64,000 nt of DNA, from positions 22,923,432 to 22,987,431 of the forward strand of contig NC_092679.1 in assembly GCF_964355755.1 (NCBI RefSeq). The letters are read 5' to 3'. The notes beneath the pieces are model-generated. The model had not been told where the DNA came from. It made no database searches and saw only the letters and a list, made by a program, of their open reading frames with translations. Both the position numbers and the translations under genes were made by a program. Below, piece by piece: positions 52,052 to 64,000 of the stretch; position 1 is the stretch's first letter, and each line of letters starts with the position of its first letter. This DNA comes from Antedon mediterranea. Taxonomy: Eukaryota > Animalia > Echinodermata.

Positions 52052-53089
52052 TACGGTGGCCTATAAGTGTCACGGCAACTTTCAAAAAATATCACGGCAA
52101 CTTTAAAAAAAAGCCACGGCAATTTGAAAAAAGCCACGGCAATTTGAAAAAAGCCACGGCAATTTGAAAAAAGCCACGGCAAATTTTTAAAAAAACATCA
52201 CGGCAAATTAAAAATAAAACATCGCGGCAATTTAACAAAAATACCACGGCAACTTAAAAATGAAACGCCACGGCAAATTAGTATTGAAACACCACGGCAA
52301 ATTAGTAATGAAACACCACAGCAAATTACAGAATGCCACGGCGGAAGTGAGTTACCACGGCGGAAGTGAAACCTTTGGAATCTTCGATTTTTTCTGAGGT
52401 AAGTAATTATTTGTGCATTGAAGTAAATATTATTATATTAATTTATTATATTTAACTGCAGCATTTACGTTTTTATTGCACTAGGCCTAGCTATGCCTAC
52501 TACTAGCCCTAGGCCTTAGGCCTACAGTAATAGCCAGGTCTACTGTAAAAACAACTTGTTATATAAAAAACAGATTAGGCCTACTGTAAATATATTAAAA
52601 CATTGTAGAATGTTATAGGGCCTAGGCCTACCTTGTAATAAGGCCTGGTCTAGCCCGGCCTAGAAAGTTCAAGAAGAGTGCAATAAACACGTAAACTGCT
52701 GCAGTTAAATAAATTAATATAATATTTACATCAATGCACAAATATAATTACTTACCTCAGAAAAAAATCGAAGATTCCAAAGGTTTCACTTCCGCCGTGG
52801 TAACTCACTTCCGCCGTGGCATTCTGTAATTTGCCGTGGTGTTTACACTATTAATTGCCGTGGTGTTTCAATACTAATTTGCCGTGGTGTTTCATTTATA
52901 AGTTGCCCTGGTATTTTTGTTAAATTGCCGCGATGTTTTATTTTTAATTTGCCGTGATGTTTTATTTTTAATTTGCCGTGATGTTTTATTTTTAATTTGC
53001 CGTGGCTTTTTTCAAATTGCCGTGGCTTTTTTTGAAAAAATTGCCGTGATATTTTTTGAAAGTTGCCGTGACACTTATAGGCCACCGTA
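52052..53089. mobile_element. IS3EU-type non-autonomous DNA transposon (1038 bp, ~430-bp imperfect TIRs)
   Basis: TACGG...CCGTA termini, 6-bp target duplication AATATG (52046-52051, 53090-53095), and arrays of CACGGCAA subterminal repeats. Confidence 0.82.
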
Positions 53090-53455
53090 AATATGTCCAT
53101 GGAACAGACAACAGTTATATATGTTTTAACAATACAGCCAACATCTATTAAGGGACAACCCTATTAAGGGGACTCTTTGGTAAAAGGTATTCGCTAATAG
53201 GGGTTCTACTATATTTGAAGTTTCGTTAAAAATATATCTTTCTTATTTTAACACTGATTTTCCTCAATAACATTTTGTTTTGGATGCGTAAAATAAAGAG
53301 TGCGGCAATATTAGCAGGTTTCATGCAGCAGTTTTTTTTCTGTACGAGCAGACAGAATATACAAAACATCAAAAATAAGGAACCTCCATGGATTTATCTT
53401 ACACTCGGTGTCTTAATTGATAGTAGACTCCCGTAGCAGCGCCCTCGCGGCTTAC

Positions 53456-53529
53456 CTTCTTCTCTCGTTCGGATAAATAGTTAAACCCGTGCGTTGACTT
53501 GATAGCTTGAAATTCGTCTTCAGCGATTT
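53456..53529 (-). CDS. TADA2B: TADA2B exon (IAEDEFQAIKSTHGFNYLSEREKK)
   Basis: Pyrimidine-rich CCATCAG acceptor, AAG|GTAAG donor, phase 1-0. Matches recalled EFAAIENLPGFELLSDREK. Confidence 0.88.
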
Positions 53530-54504
53530 CTGATGGAGGAGAAGTTAGAAATGATGAAAATTGAAGAAAATATGAAATTAATATAAACAACAAATAATAT
53601 CATAATTAAAACTAATTTGAAACTAAATTTGAAACTAAAAACTATTTTTTACATAATTTCAGCATGGGCCTTCATGGTGAATTTGTATACTGTAAAGCCA
53701 AATATTTTTGCACCTATAAATGTTTGCGATTCCAAGGAATTTGCGATCTTTTATTTTCGAGATTTGATTTTATCAACAAACATTTTGGTCATGTTCGCCA
53801 ATTTGGGGAATGCATTTCGCCTCTGCGATGGACATAAACAATAGGATAATATCAGTGAAATTACAGAATACACGATTGTAAATTTAGGGATGTGAGTAAA
53901 TACTAGTAAATTGCTTTTTCTAATGTTATTTAGTGAACTAAACTGAAAATTGTCGATGAGACATAAATGACAACAGTAGGCACTTTAGCCACCTAGTGTG
54001 ATACTTTACTACAGGATGGGTAGCACACTTATCCTTTAATCCTCATGATTCAGGTCTAATCCCAAGGATGAAGCTAAGCTCATCATGCAAGTATAATTTC
54101 CTTTCCATATTCATGTTGTCGTATCCATTCTAAAATTTAATCGTTCATTTCCCCTCTTTTGTTCAAAATAAATATACATATTTTGGGTGGATTGACTCAA
54201 AATAATAGAAATGATTGATAAAAACAAGTAATTTTCACAATTAAAAATATATAGTTGAATATAAATATATATTTTGCATTGCTGTAATGATTTCTAACAA
54301 CATTAGCAAAGAAGAATTAATAAACTTAGAAAATATTTTGACACTTTGCACTGGATTATGACTCATGAAAATTAGGTCTATATATAAATACAAATGATGA
54401 AAACTAATGTATTTGATAACAATTTTGTAAAAAAAAAACACCACAAAAGCTGAACATATATTAAATGTTTCAGAGACCCTGATTTTTCAATAGAGACATT
54501 TTAA

Positions 54505-54636
54505 AGCTCTGTCTACACTATCAAACTTTATGTGACAAAAAATGTATATTCCATATATGGACATGATGATGTCATATCACAACCATATTTGGGAATATCA
54601 CTATTAACTAGTTTGATAGTGTAGATCGACAGAGCT
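54505..54636. mobile_element. MITE family A
   Basis: AGCTCTGTCTACACTATCAAACT ... AGTTTGATAGTGTAGA(TCGA)CAGAGCT. Confidence 0.85.
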
Positions 54637-56216
54637 CAACAGTAGACCTACTACTTAATGTTTCAAATTTAGAAAGTATCGTAAGACCAAGTTATTTTTA
54701 TTTTTTCATTTATCAAAATTCAGTAGCAGCAGAATTAAAACCATCTAATATTCAGTCATAAACCTAAGACAGATGTTTTTAAGTTGAGTGACCACAAACC
54801 AACATTTATATCATCTACACGTTAATCCATAGCTTAAACTGACAAAGGAAACTTTGTCATATTCCATCTAACGCTTGATTACCGTAAAATAATAACTGGA
54901 GGTTATAAAGTCGAGTCAATGATGCATAGAATCCGATCAATACGATTTCCAATTTATTTTAAGAACATCCACGTGGTTTGATAATACCCAACGAAAGGAA
55001 GTGGGTTCAAAGATGGCTAAACCTTCCGGAAAATTATTGAGGATTTCTTGTTTTGATACCAACCAGACAAGTTGTTTTAATCTGTCCGCAAAAACTAATA
55101 CAAAGTACATTAGCATGACAGGGTTGTGTAATCATTTCCTTAGCGTAACACTCGCCGTATCCTGTTATGAGACGCTGATTCTTCCAATTCAATGATCTTG
55201 TATCTTTCTATGTCAAATTACACAATTGAAATCAATTTAAACTTTGACGAATATTGATATTGAGAATGTCATTTATGACGGTACACTTAATGTCGTTAAA
55301 TTTAGATATGATTGACAGGCATTTCTTTTTGTTTGTCGCAATTTAATCACGATAATCAGCGCCAGACTTGTATGCATGCATGAGTGTGTGGTCTAAAAAT
55401 GGTATCTTTTTGCCATTCATTAAGTAAAGATGTTTTTTACTTGTACCTGTTTAGGGCCTATTTCTGTTTTTCGGATTGGAAATTAGGGCCTATTTCTACC
55501 AAAAACTATTTTCTTCCTCATCTTGTGATCGTTATTATAATTAGCATTTTTTGTCGTCACGACGTACCGCACAGCTTATTGAATATTGAATAAAGAGATT
55601 AAGTCTGAGCATGCTCAGAAACATATGAGTATGCGTATGCATGTAGCCACATTCCACAATGTAAAAACGAAACGTAAATTTTTTTCCACAGAGAATAGTC
55701 AAATTTTGTTTAATTTTTTTATGTCTTTAATTTCTGTTTCAGTACATTAAAGACTTTTCATTTGGTAGGCTACCTTTCAATTTCAAAAGTCCAAAAATGC
55801 TTCTTTAATTGACAGATAACTATATGTTTTAAAAGCAAATAAACATCTTGTACATAAATAGAACTTGGACTCAAAAAGTAATCAATGATATTGGTCAGTA
55901 TAGGGTAATGTACAATAGTCAAATCTGGTTAAGGTGAGTTGCTCTAGCTGTCCAACGTTGATAGATGGATACCTGGTTCATGCATACTCTAATCTTGAGT
56001 TCAATAAGGAAGTACTTTTAAGGCTTTAGCAACCATACAGCTAGGGAAATATAGTTTTATGTTAAGGATTTGAAATTTAATTGAACTATTAGCTATTGTG
56101 ACAGTCATTGTTTTTCAAAAGATTCTTTCAATAACCCCTAAATATTTACACACAAATATAAAAGTATTTTTCTACAAAATTTGATGACAGAGGGAATATG
56201 AAAATAAAATTCTTAC

Positions 56217-56251
56217 CTCTTCCATTTTTTGGAGTTCTTTCCTCTTTGACT
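56217..56251 (-). CDS. TADA2B: TADA2B probable 35-nt linker exon (VKEERTPKNGR); upstream exons were not found and probably lie beyond 64000
   Basis: TTTTTTCCTTTTAG acceptor, GAG|GTAAG donor, phase 2-1 compatible with the next exon. Confidence 0.65.
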
Positions 56252-58611
56252 CTAAAAGGAAAAAATTAAATTAAAAAAGTTATAATTAAGATGGTTAATA
56301 TAATAATACATAATAATTTATTTATTTAAGCAAAGTTAATAACAACACAGGTTGTTATTGACAATGACATTGGTTAAATTTTAAAATGAATACTCCTCAT
56401 TTGGAACACTCTTATTCATAGAGCACCCACTAATAATAAGGAGACTGTGCCAGATCCCATTAATAGGGTTTTACTATATTTTATAGTTGAAAAAATAGAA
56501 AGAAAATTGATTGCAGATCATGAACAATTTTGTTTTATTGTTGTACACATAGCTATAAATACAGCTAGTTACTTAGTTACTAGAGTACAAAGCATATTTC
56601 ATTTATGAATAAGTCTACAATACCCAAACTGCACGAATAATAAGATTTAAAGACTGCAAAAAAACATTAAAAAAAGGAACATCAGATCCTGGGGAAAGAT
56701 TTACTGATTCCTATAAAACAAAAGTGTACACAAACAAGAACAGAAGCCACATATAATTGTCATCAGTCTTACAACTAACGTCAACACTGTCTACTACTGT
56801 ACATGAGTTTGTTTCTGTGTGATGGTAATATCTTAATCAGCACCTCACAAGGGCTTGCCTGTTGCCTCTCTTACCTAAATTGAGTTAATAAGTTGTAAAA
56901 CAATTGTCGTTTCTGATCTTCTTCAAAGCAAACATTAATCAAGTCTACTGTACACAATCAATAAAAGTAATTAAATTATCATTTATCACCTCCATTGCTA
57001 AATCAGTGTTAAAACAATTTCCATACTAAACAACAAGAAGAAGCCTCCTATAGATGTCAATAAAACTTCAATACAATTAATTAAATTATGTTTAATCACC
57101 ATCATCTCTTATCACTCTTCAATCTGTGAAATAAAATGTAATGTGTTTTATGACCACTGTCTCTTTCCCACACTTGGCAGTCCCAGGGGCCTACTGTTCT
57201 TCAATGTCATGTACTACCCCTTTGGTAACAAGTACCATAGGATATAATTGGGGTAGAAGATGAGGGGAAGAGGGGGATGGATTCTTCTTTCCTGTTTTTA
57301 TTTCTCTTTTTTTTTGTATGTTGTAAATTTGGGGTTTGTATATTGCGATTTTAAAAAGTTTTTCATGGGTTTTTTATATTAAACAAAGATGTTATTGTTC
57401 TAGGTGAGGGTAAGGCGGATGCTGTAATATGGAACGTAATTAATATAGAAAATGGATAATTACAGAAATATGGAAATGACTACGGACATACAGGTACATG
57501 TAAACCAGCCTATTGTCTTGATAAAACATGATAATCAACAAAAGCCACAAAACATCTATGTTTTCAAAACTGTACATCTGATATTACAACTGTCCGTTAT
57601 TGTATTGTTATTTATGTGCTTGAATAAAATTGAATTGAATTGTACAGACTTTCGTTTTCAAGAGAAGTCACTATGTAGCTATCAAGTCAAAAAGTAATTT
57701 TGCACATATTTCTAAGCCTACACAGAAACGTTCTATTTCACTACTAAACTTTTTCATTAAAAAACTACTAAATTTATCAATGTTGGGAACTCTGTATTGG
57801 CTCTTTCACACGGCAACTCAGAGGGAGTCTGATCTTCACTCATACTTTAGTAATGATTTAAAATTAATTTAATGCTACTAAATCACAATCACATTATTAT
57901 GAAAGGCCTTGATAACAATATGGTATCAGACAACAGTTAAGACTATTGTTAAATTTTATAGTCAAGTCTGTGAAATATCTAATACAGATGGACTGACCAC
58001 ATTAAATAAGAGACCCTTGTTAATCCAAGTGCTATGCTTTCTTTGCTCTATGATGTCATTCAGTAATAAGCTATTAAAATATTCAAAGAAGTAGCAAACA
58101 TTTCCTTTTGCAATTTAATACCATAAGTAAACAAATTTGTAACATTTAACGACTAGGAGAATTAGGTATGGCCAATAAAGATACAAAAAACCACTGTTTT
58201 TCCACAAATTTATTGAACAAAGTTCAAATTGTACATTGATAGTTCACACACAATGTGGTACGTGCAAATTGTAGGCCTACACCCAATCCACCATTGGATA
58301 CACCCAGGATATGATTTTTTTTTTAATGGAGAAGTTCAAAAAGAGTTTAAATATGATTGGAGTTATGGCCTAATTTTTATTTTTATTTATTAATAAATAA
58401 AAAAACTGGTACAAACAAGAAAATAATTAAGGTTTCTGCAGAATACTGTATGTGACCTAGCCTTTTGATAAGAGGAAGGGAAGTTATCAATCCCCACCCA
58501 ATTATCTGTTAAAATGTCATGCTTGTAACTTGCCATATGCTACAATATAGTGGCACCTGTTTTGTGCTTTAACATGGTTTTACCCCCATTGCCTCAGACA
58601 AAGAAAAAGTA

Positions 58612-58778
58612 GGGTGAGTTGCCGAGTGGTTAAAACAGTGGAACTGTAATTTATGCCATTCATTGGCAAGGTTTCACTCGCTTTATGGTTCTGGTGGTAG
58701 AACAAGTCTTATATATTACGACAATAAACGGTAGGCCCAGTGTTCACAAAATGGTTGTGTCACTTTAAAGAACCTAGT
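58612..58778 (+). mobile_element. Degenerate tRNA-head SINE with Deu/Nin domain
   Basis: A box TTGCCGAGTGG, then TAAACGGTAGGCCCAGTG...CACTTTAAAGAACCTAGT shared with the 22733-22931 copy. Confidence 0.65.
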
Positions 58779-58844
58779 CAGAGCGTCTGTTGTGGATAGA
58801 TGGGAGAGCACCATAGTTGGCTACACTGACATGTGACCCTTAGG

Positions 58845-58941
58845 GGAGAAGAAGCATGTATGGGAGAAGCATGTATGGGAGAAGCATATGGGAGAAGCCT
58901 GCATGTATGGAAGAAGCCTGCATGTATGGGAGAAGCATGTA
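58845..58941. repeat. ~16-bp degenerate tandem repeat
   Basis: GGGAGAAGCATGTAT-like units. Confidence 0.8.
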
Positions 58942-59497
58942 GTGTCCACGTATGTCCAGTAATTATGTAAATACATGATTGATGAAAAAGGCGCTATATT
59001 AAAATGTGGTACAGTATTATTAATGTACACTATCTAAAAAAAGAGAACCATCTCGTAGTTTGCTGAATGAATTGAATGGCGACTGTGTGGAGGATTAACC
59101 CTGTGCCATGAACTTTTATTTGTGAACATAAAATGTGTGAATTAATACAAAATAGAGATTTAAAACTACTTAAAACTATGTTCTCTTTTCAAGATCATTC
59201 CTATATTTCTTCCATCAATTAAAGAGACATGGTTAATTCAAGTAATGTATTTTCTGTGATGTCAACTGGGATGGGAAACTTGACAGGCTACAAATCAAAC
59301 AGATAATGGTTGAGTAATTGGAAATGGTAATGATTACTCCAGGAAGCCCAGACCTATTAATTTATACCAATCAAGTAGCCAATGTCAGTGGCCTGCTTGT
59401 TCCATTTAAAATTACATGAATCTTAATCAATTGCTTCTGTATTGTTTCCTGCGAAGTGGGAGTTCTTTCTTAATGTGTTGGTTAGTTTATTTTGTAT

Positions 59498-59918
59498 AGC
59501 ACATAAAACATGTGTAGACCTATGTGAGGGCAACTTCTAGGTGTTAGAGGGTAAGATTAAGAGGCTCAGCACATAAAACATGTGTAGGCCTATGTGAGGG
59601 CAACTTCTAGGGTGTCAGAGGGTAAGATTAAGAGGCTCAGCACATAAAACATGTGTAGGCCTATGTGAGGGCAACTTCTAGGTGTCAGAGGGTAAGATTA
59701 AGAGGCTCAGCACATAAAACATGTGTAGGCCTATGTGAGGGCAACTTCTAGGTGTCAGAGGGTATTAAGAGGCTCAGCACATAAAACATGTGTAGTCCTG
59801 TGTGAGGGCAACTTCTAGGGTGTCAGAGGGTAAGATTAAGAGGCTCAGCACATAAAACATGTGTAGTCCTGTGTGAGGGCAACTTCTAGGGTGTCAGAGA
59901 ATAAGATTAAGAGGCTCA
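59498..59918. repeat. ~70-bp minisatellite, 6 copies
   Basis: Unit AGCACATAAAACATGTGTAGGCCTATGTGAGGGCAACTTCTAGG(G)TGTCAGAGGGTAAGATTAAGAGGCTC. Confidence 0.95.
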
Positions 59919-60704
59919 GATGGCCTGGGCAGTTCTGGGCATTTGGGAAAGATTATTGAGGGTTCATCTATCAATAGTGTCAACAACCCTTTCTTACTAT
60001 TTCTCCCTACTTCAGTACATTTCCAAGTGGTTAATTCCTGTCCCTAGCTACAGTACCCTTTATTCACTTTCCTATAGCCCACACTGTTTTTCCATCATCA
60101 TGGAATGTTCCCTTTTCCTAATAATCCCCTCCCAGTACATGAATATTAATTAGGACTGTTCCATAATATTAATTAACTGGCCAGGAGGGAGAAGATAGAA
60201 CAAGATAGAGAATTACAAAACTTGTACAGAAAAAAAATGTATACAGAGTTAAAATTTGAGAGCTTTCTTAAATTGTATGTAATTTTCTCCATTTCTTTCT
60301 TTCTTTTGGAAATGTTTTGATGAGTACCCCAAGGATATTATTTGTAGACTTTTCAAGCAAATAATGTGAAAAAATGATGGTGGTAAGTTTATGTTCTTAA
60401 CAGATGGGTTGGCCGTAATATAGGACAGGGTTGGTCAGGGTTCATGTGCAAATTATAATTAACTTGTGTATGACCATGTTATGACTAATACTTTCACTTC
60501 TAAAGTTGTTAATGGTTCAACTCCTACAGTATGTAAAACATAGTTAGACACAAAGTCACTAAAGTCAATAACATTTAATTTATTTCCTTTAATCAAGTTT
60601 AATTTCCAGGAATTTACTAAAAAAAACCACAACAGGGTTAATTAGAATGCTGAGGATGGTTAGGGGTATAACTGAAATATTCGTCAAAAAAATGGAAGTG
60701 TTGT

Positions 60705-60806
60705 TGAACAGGTTTACCCTTATCCTGATAAACAGGTTTACCCTTATCCTGATGAACAGGTTTACCCTTATCCTGATGAAGAGGTTTACCCTTATCCTGA
60801 TGAACA
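60705..60806. repeat. 24-bp tandem repeat, 4 copies
   Basis: Unit TGAACAGGTTTACCCTTATCCTGA. Confidence 0.93.
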
Positions 60807-63800
60807 ATAATGAAGGTTTTCTAGCTTTATGACTTCAACATTTGTACTTCAGATGAGAATGTACTGTATTGTAGCGAACTCTCTTAATACTGGACATTCT
60901 TAGGCTAGGCTAATATGTCTGGTTTTTCAGAAATTTTGGGATTCCAAATGTGTTTATTTTTTATGGTACAAACACATTTTTGGCCTTTCGGCCATCAAGA
61001 AGTTTCCAATTTTTGGAGAGTTTTCCGGTTTTAGATAGTCCGTATTGAGATTCAAGTACTGTGGTATTGGTAACCACTTACAAATGCTCAATTTAAAAAC
61101 ATCTGTTGTATTTTGGTATCAATTTTGCAAAAAAATAAGCCTTGAGGGCAAAATATAGTAAACAACAGGACCGACAATAATGTTATATTTAATAAGACAT
61201 GACTCTGTGACTTCCCACGACATGAACATTAAAAACAAATGCTGTAAATTTGTAACTTTGTTAATTTAATTAAAAACTCTGTTTGTACAGAAGGGTATGT
61301 AATTGAAGATGTTACTGTTATGTATTTTCAGTTGACATACACCAGGTAGAGGTGCATACCTGTGACAACATGTTTGTGTGCATCTCTTAAATTTCACTTC
61401 CATTTTCTACAGGTTTATAATATAAGATTACCAATATCATCAGTTTAATGTACTTTTTATAGAAGTTTTGCCAATAAAGCACCTAGAGAAGACAATTAAA
61501 CTTATCAAAAGAGGAAACAAACTTGATGAATCCAGGTTAAATGTCATTTCATTCTGTTCTTTCTTTCTTTTGACAAGTTCAAGTCATTCTACAGACCAAA
61601 ACATGTGTTTTCCTGAGAGGTCTGGAAAGTGCTACAACTTTGATTTATAACTACTAACATCTGATTTAGAAATCTTCACAAATCATTTATTGGTTTCTTT
61701 CAAAATATCTCCTAAAAATAAACTTATAGAAAAAAAGGTCATCTTCTTTATTGAAGATATATTGCATTTTGACTTATTCTAAAGTAAATGTAAAAATTGA
61801 TTGAATCAGGTTCACGAAATGAGGACAAAATCATGTCAGTTAAGATCACTGGCGTACAGGCTTGTCTTACCTACTGTAGGCCCTAAAAATTGTTACCAAC
61901 TGAGGTGACTGTCATCGATCAGGTAGACATGTTTTAACATTCTTTTCTTTATCAGAGTAATAAATATGTGTTCAAACGGTGCATTAATGTACGTCTGATG
62001 TTAATTGATCACACAAGTTGAGTACTACACATCATAACTCTAAAAACGATTCATAACAGCTTTGTTATGTATGCTTTGTAGGTAATTTAAGCGCTAATAA
62101 AAACCGGTAAACTGGGTTCCACTTAATTAGGCATTGTTAACCTTTAACACAACTTAAACCAGTTATTTGAAATGGGTTTAGTTTCTGCTGCTTCCCAGGT
62201 AAATTATTTGCACACTATTTATCCAGTTATTTCCTTGAAAATGAAACAATCAACTCAAGAGTGTAAACAAAATCTAAAAAAATATTGAAATATTTATGAG
62301 TAATAATAGGATATTGAATCCCAAGGTGAAGTACAACCCCTGATTAGAAGAAAATGAACCATCTTGGTAACCCCTTGTGTAATAAATTATATAGTTTTAT
62401 TGGAAGTTTCAGGTTTAAAAAACATAAATCACTGAAAAAGTTGTTTATGTTACATAAGCTTGGTTGGGTCTGTCTCTGTTGAATAAAACAAAAAATATTT
62501 CTTACAAAAAACGCTGATGTAACAGTAAAAAGTATAAAGTGAAAGGTTAAACAAAAACAGTTAGTTTCATGTAGGGGATGAGCGGCTTTAATGAATTGTT
62601 AGGTATCAACGCTAGAATGATTTTTGCAATTGATCAAGAACTTTGATGGAAAAACGAATGATTAAAACTTATTTTAATGACCATTTAATACAAATTGTAG
62701 TTAATAAATAACTCATATGGCTCCAACATTTGAAATAGGAGGATGTGAAACTAAAAGTTGATTTTATGTGGTCTTTGAAAATATATAGACAAAAAATGTA
62801 CAATTAGAACTAGAAAAGATATAGGTTTTGTTTATTGAACGAATCAATATTTCACAATTTCAATTCCAAAAGATAAAACAAAAAGTGTTCTATTTTAAAT
62901 TTGAAGATACTGTATATGGGAGGCATTTAACTTGTTGAAATGACTTTATAACAAGGGAAATCAAAGAAGATATATCAAATTACGTCCACAAGTGACCTGT
63001 GCTTGCCTACCTATAAAACATTGCTAGTTAACTTTCATACCTCTCAATTTGTGGTAAAATTGTTTTTAATGAGGTTGAAATGTTTGTTTCTGAATGTGTT
63101 TCTGATTTGTAAACAGGCATTTCATTCATACAATTTTATACCTCCGTGTGTACGATCATTTCAGCAAACTGGGCTAATGTTTAAGAACTTACATACTGTA
63201 CTCGTTCAAACACTATTAAACTAGAAGCTAACTTTCAAATAATTTATTTAGTTTTCTTAAAATTCCACTCGCCATCCAATTAAAAACCCATTTCATACAC
63301 ATCCAAATACAGCAAGTGATTGCCAATTACAGGATGTATAAACACAGCTATGATGGTTTAAAACTATGGTAAGTTTCAATTGAGGTGATGTAAAAACAGT
63401 TGTAAGTTGCAACCTTGCCACTGAGATCAGAATTGAACTTAGATATTTAGATTGGAAGGCTACTGTAGCACATTAACCACTAAGCTACCTTTCTAATAAA
63501 ATGATGAGTTGTTAGAATAATGAGAAAATCTCCGGATTTGAACCCAGAATTTTAAGAAGCAAGCATGCTACAGTAGTTTCCACATTTATATTTTCCTAAT
63601 TTCTAAAACAATTACAATAATTAATATCAATAACTGTATACTTATGTCAAGTATATAATTTATTAAGTTGTAAATAATTTTACCTTTTTAGTAGTATTGA
63701 ATTAAAGAATTTGAATTGCCAATTTAAATTCCAGTCAGTCTAAATAAATTGAAATATGGGATAGAATTAAATGCTAGTCACATACCAACATTTACTCAGG

Positions 63801-64000
63801 AAAACTTTTACCACAACATAATAAGTTTGATAAAAAAAGTAGAATAACGAGGAATGTGTTTCTACTGAATAGTAGACCTAACATTAAGGTCCTGTTTCAT
63901 GCTGCAAAAAAATAACTGGTTAATAACTGTGTGAATAAATTAACCACATATTCTCGGGAGCAAAAACAGTACAAATTTTCAATAACCGCTTAAATGGCAG

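Overview
AT-rich (roughly one third GC by eye), intron-rich animal genomic DNA. It is probably a marine invertebrate deuterostome, inferred from Deu/Nin-domain SINEs and frequent TAGGCCTA. It is not prokaryotic, and most entries in the ORF track are spurious. Three spliced minus-strand genes were rebuilt by hand from GT-AG sites and exon phases. (1) The 5' part of TOGARAM1/crescerin: a 1.9-kb first coding exon with two TOG domains plus exon 2, with an RFX X-box upstream. (2) A complete 14-exon, 508-aa type I membrane protein: signal peptide, 6 EGF repeats, a short VWC-like module, a SEA/ferredoxin-like juxtamembrane region, TM helix and short tail. It resembles the C-terminal half of Jagged/Serrate without the C2/DSL head. 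(3) The last four coding exons of TADA2B, with candidate alternative terminal exons. Introns and intergenic DNA hold many non-autonomous elements: IS3EU-type, Ginger-type, Kolobok-type, Harbinger-like (one nested in a copy of itself), hAT, pogo/Tc1, a Helentron-associated element and SINEs. There are also minisatellites, one apparently born inside a MITE, and tiny inserts with 7-bp target duplications that look like P-type excision footprints. No transposase ORF, CRISPR array or rRNA was seen. All protein and family assignments are from recall, not from database searches.
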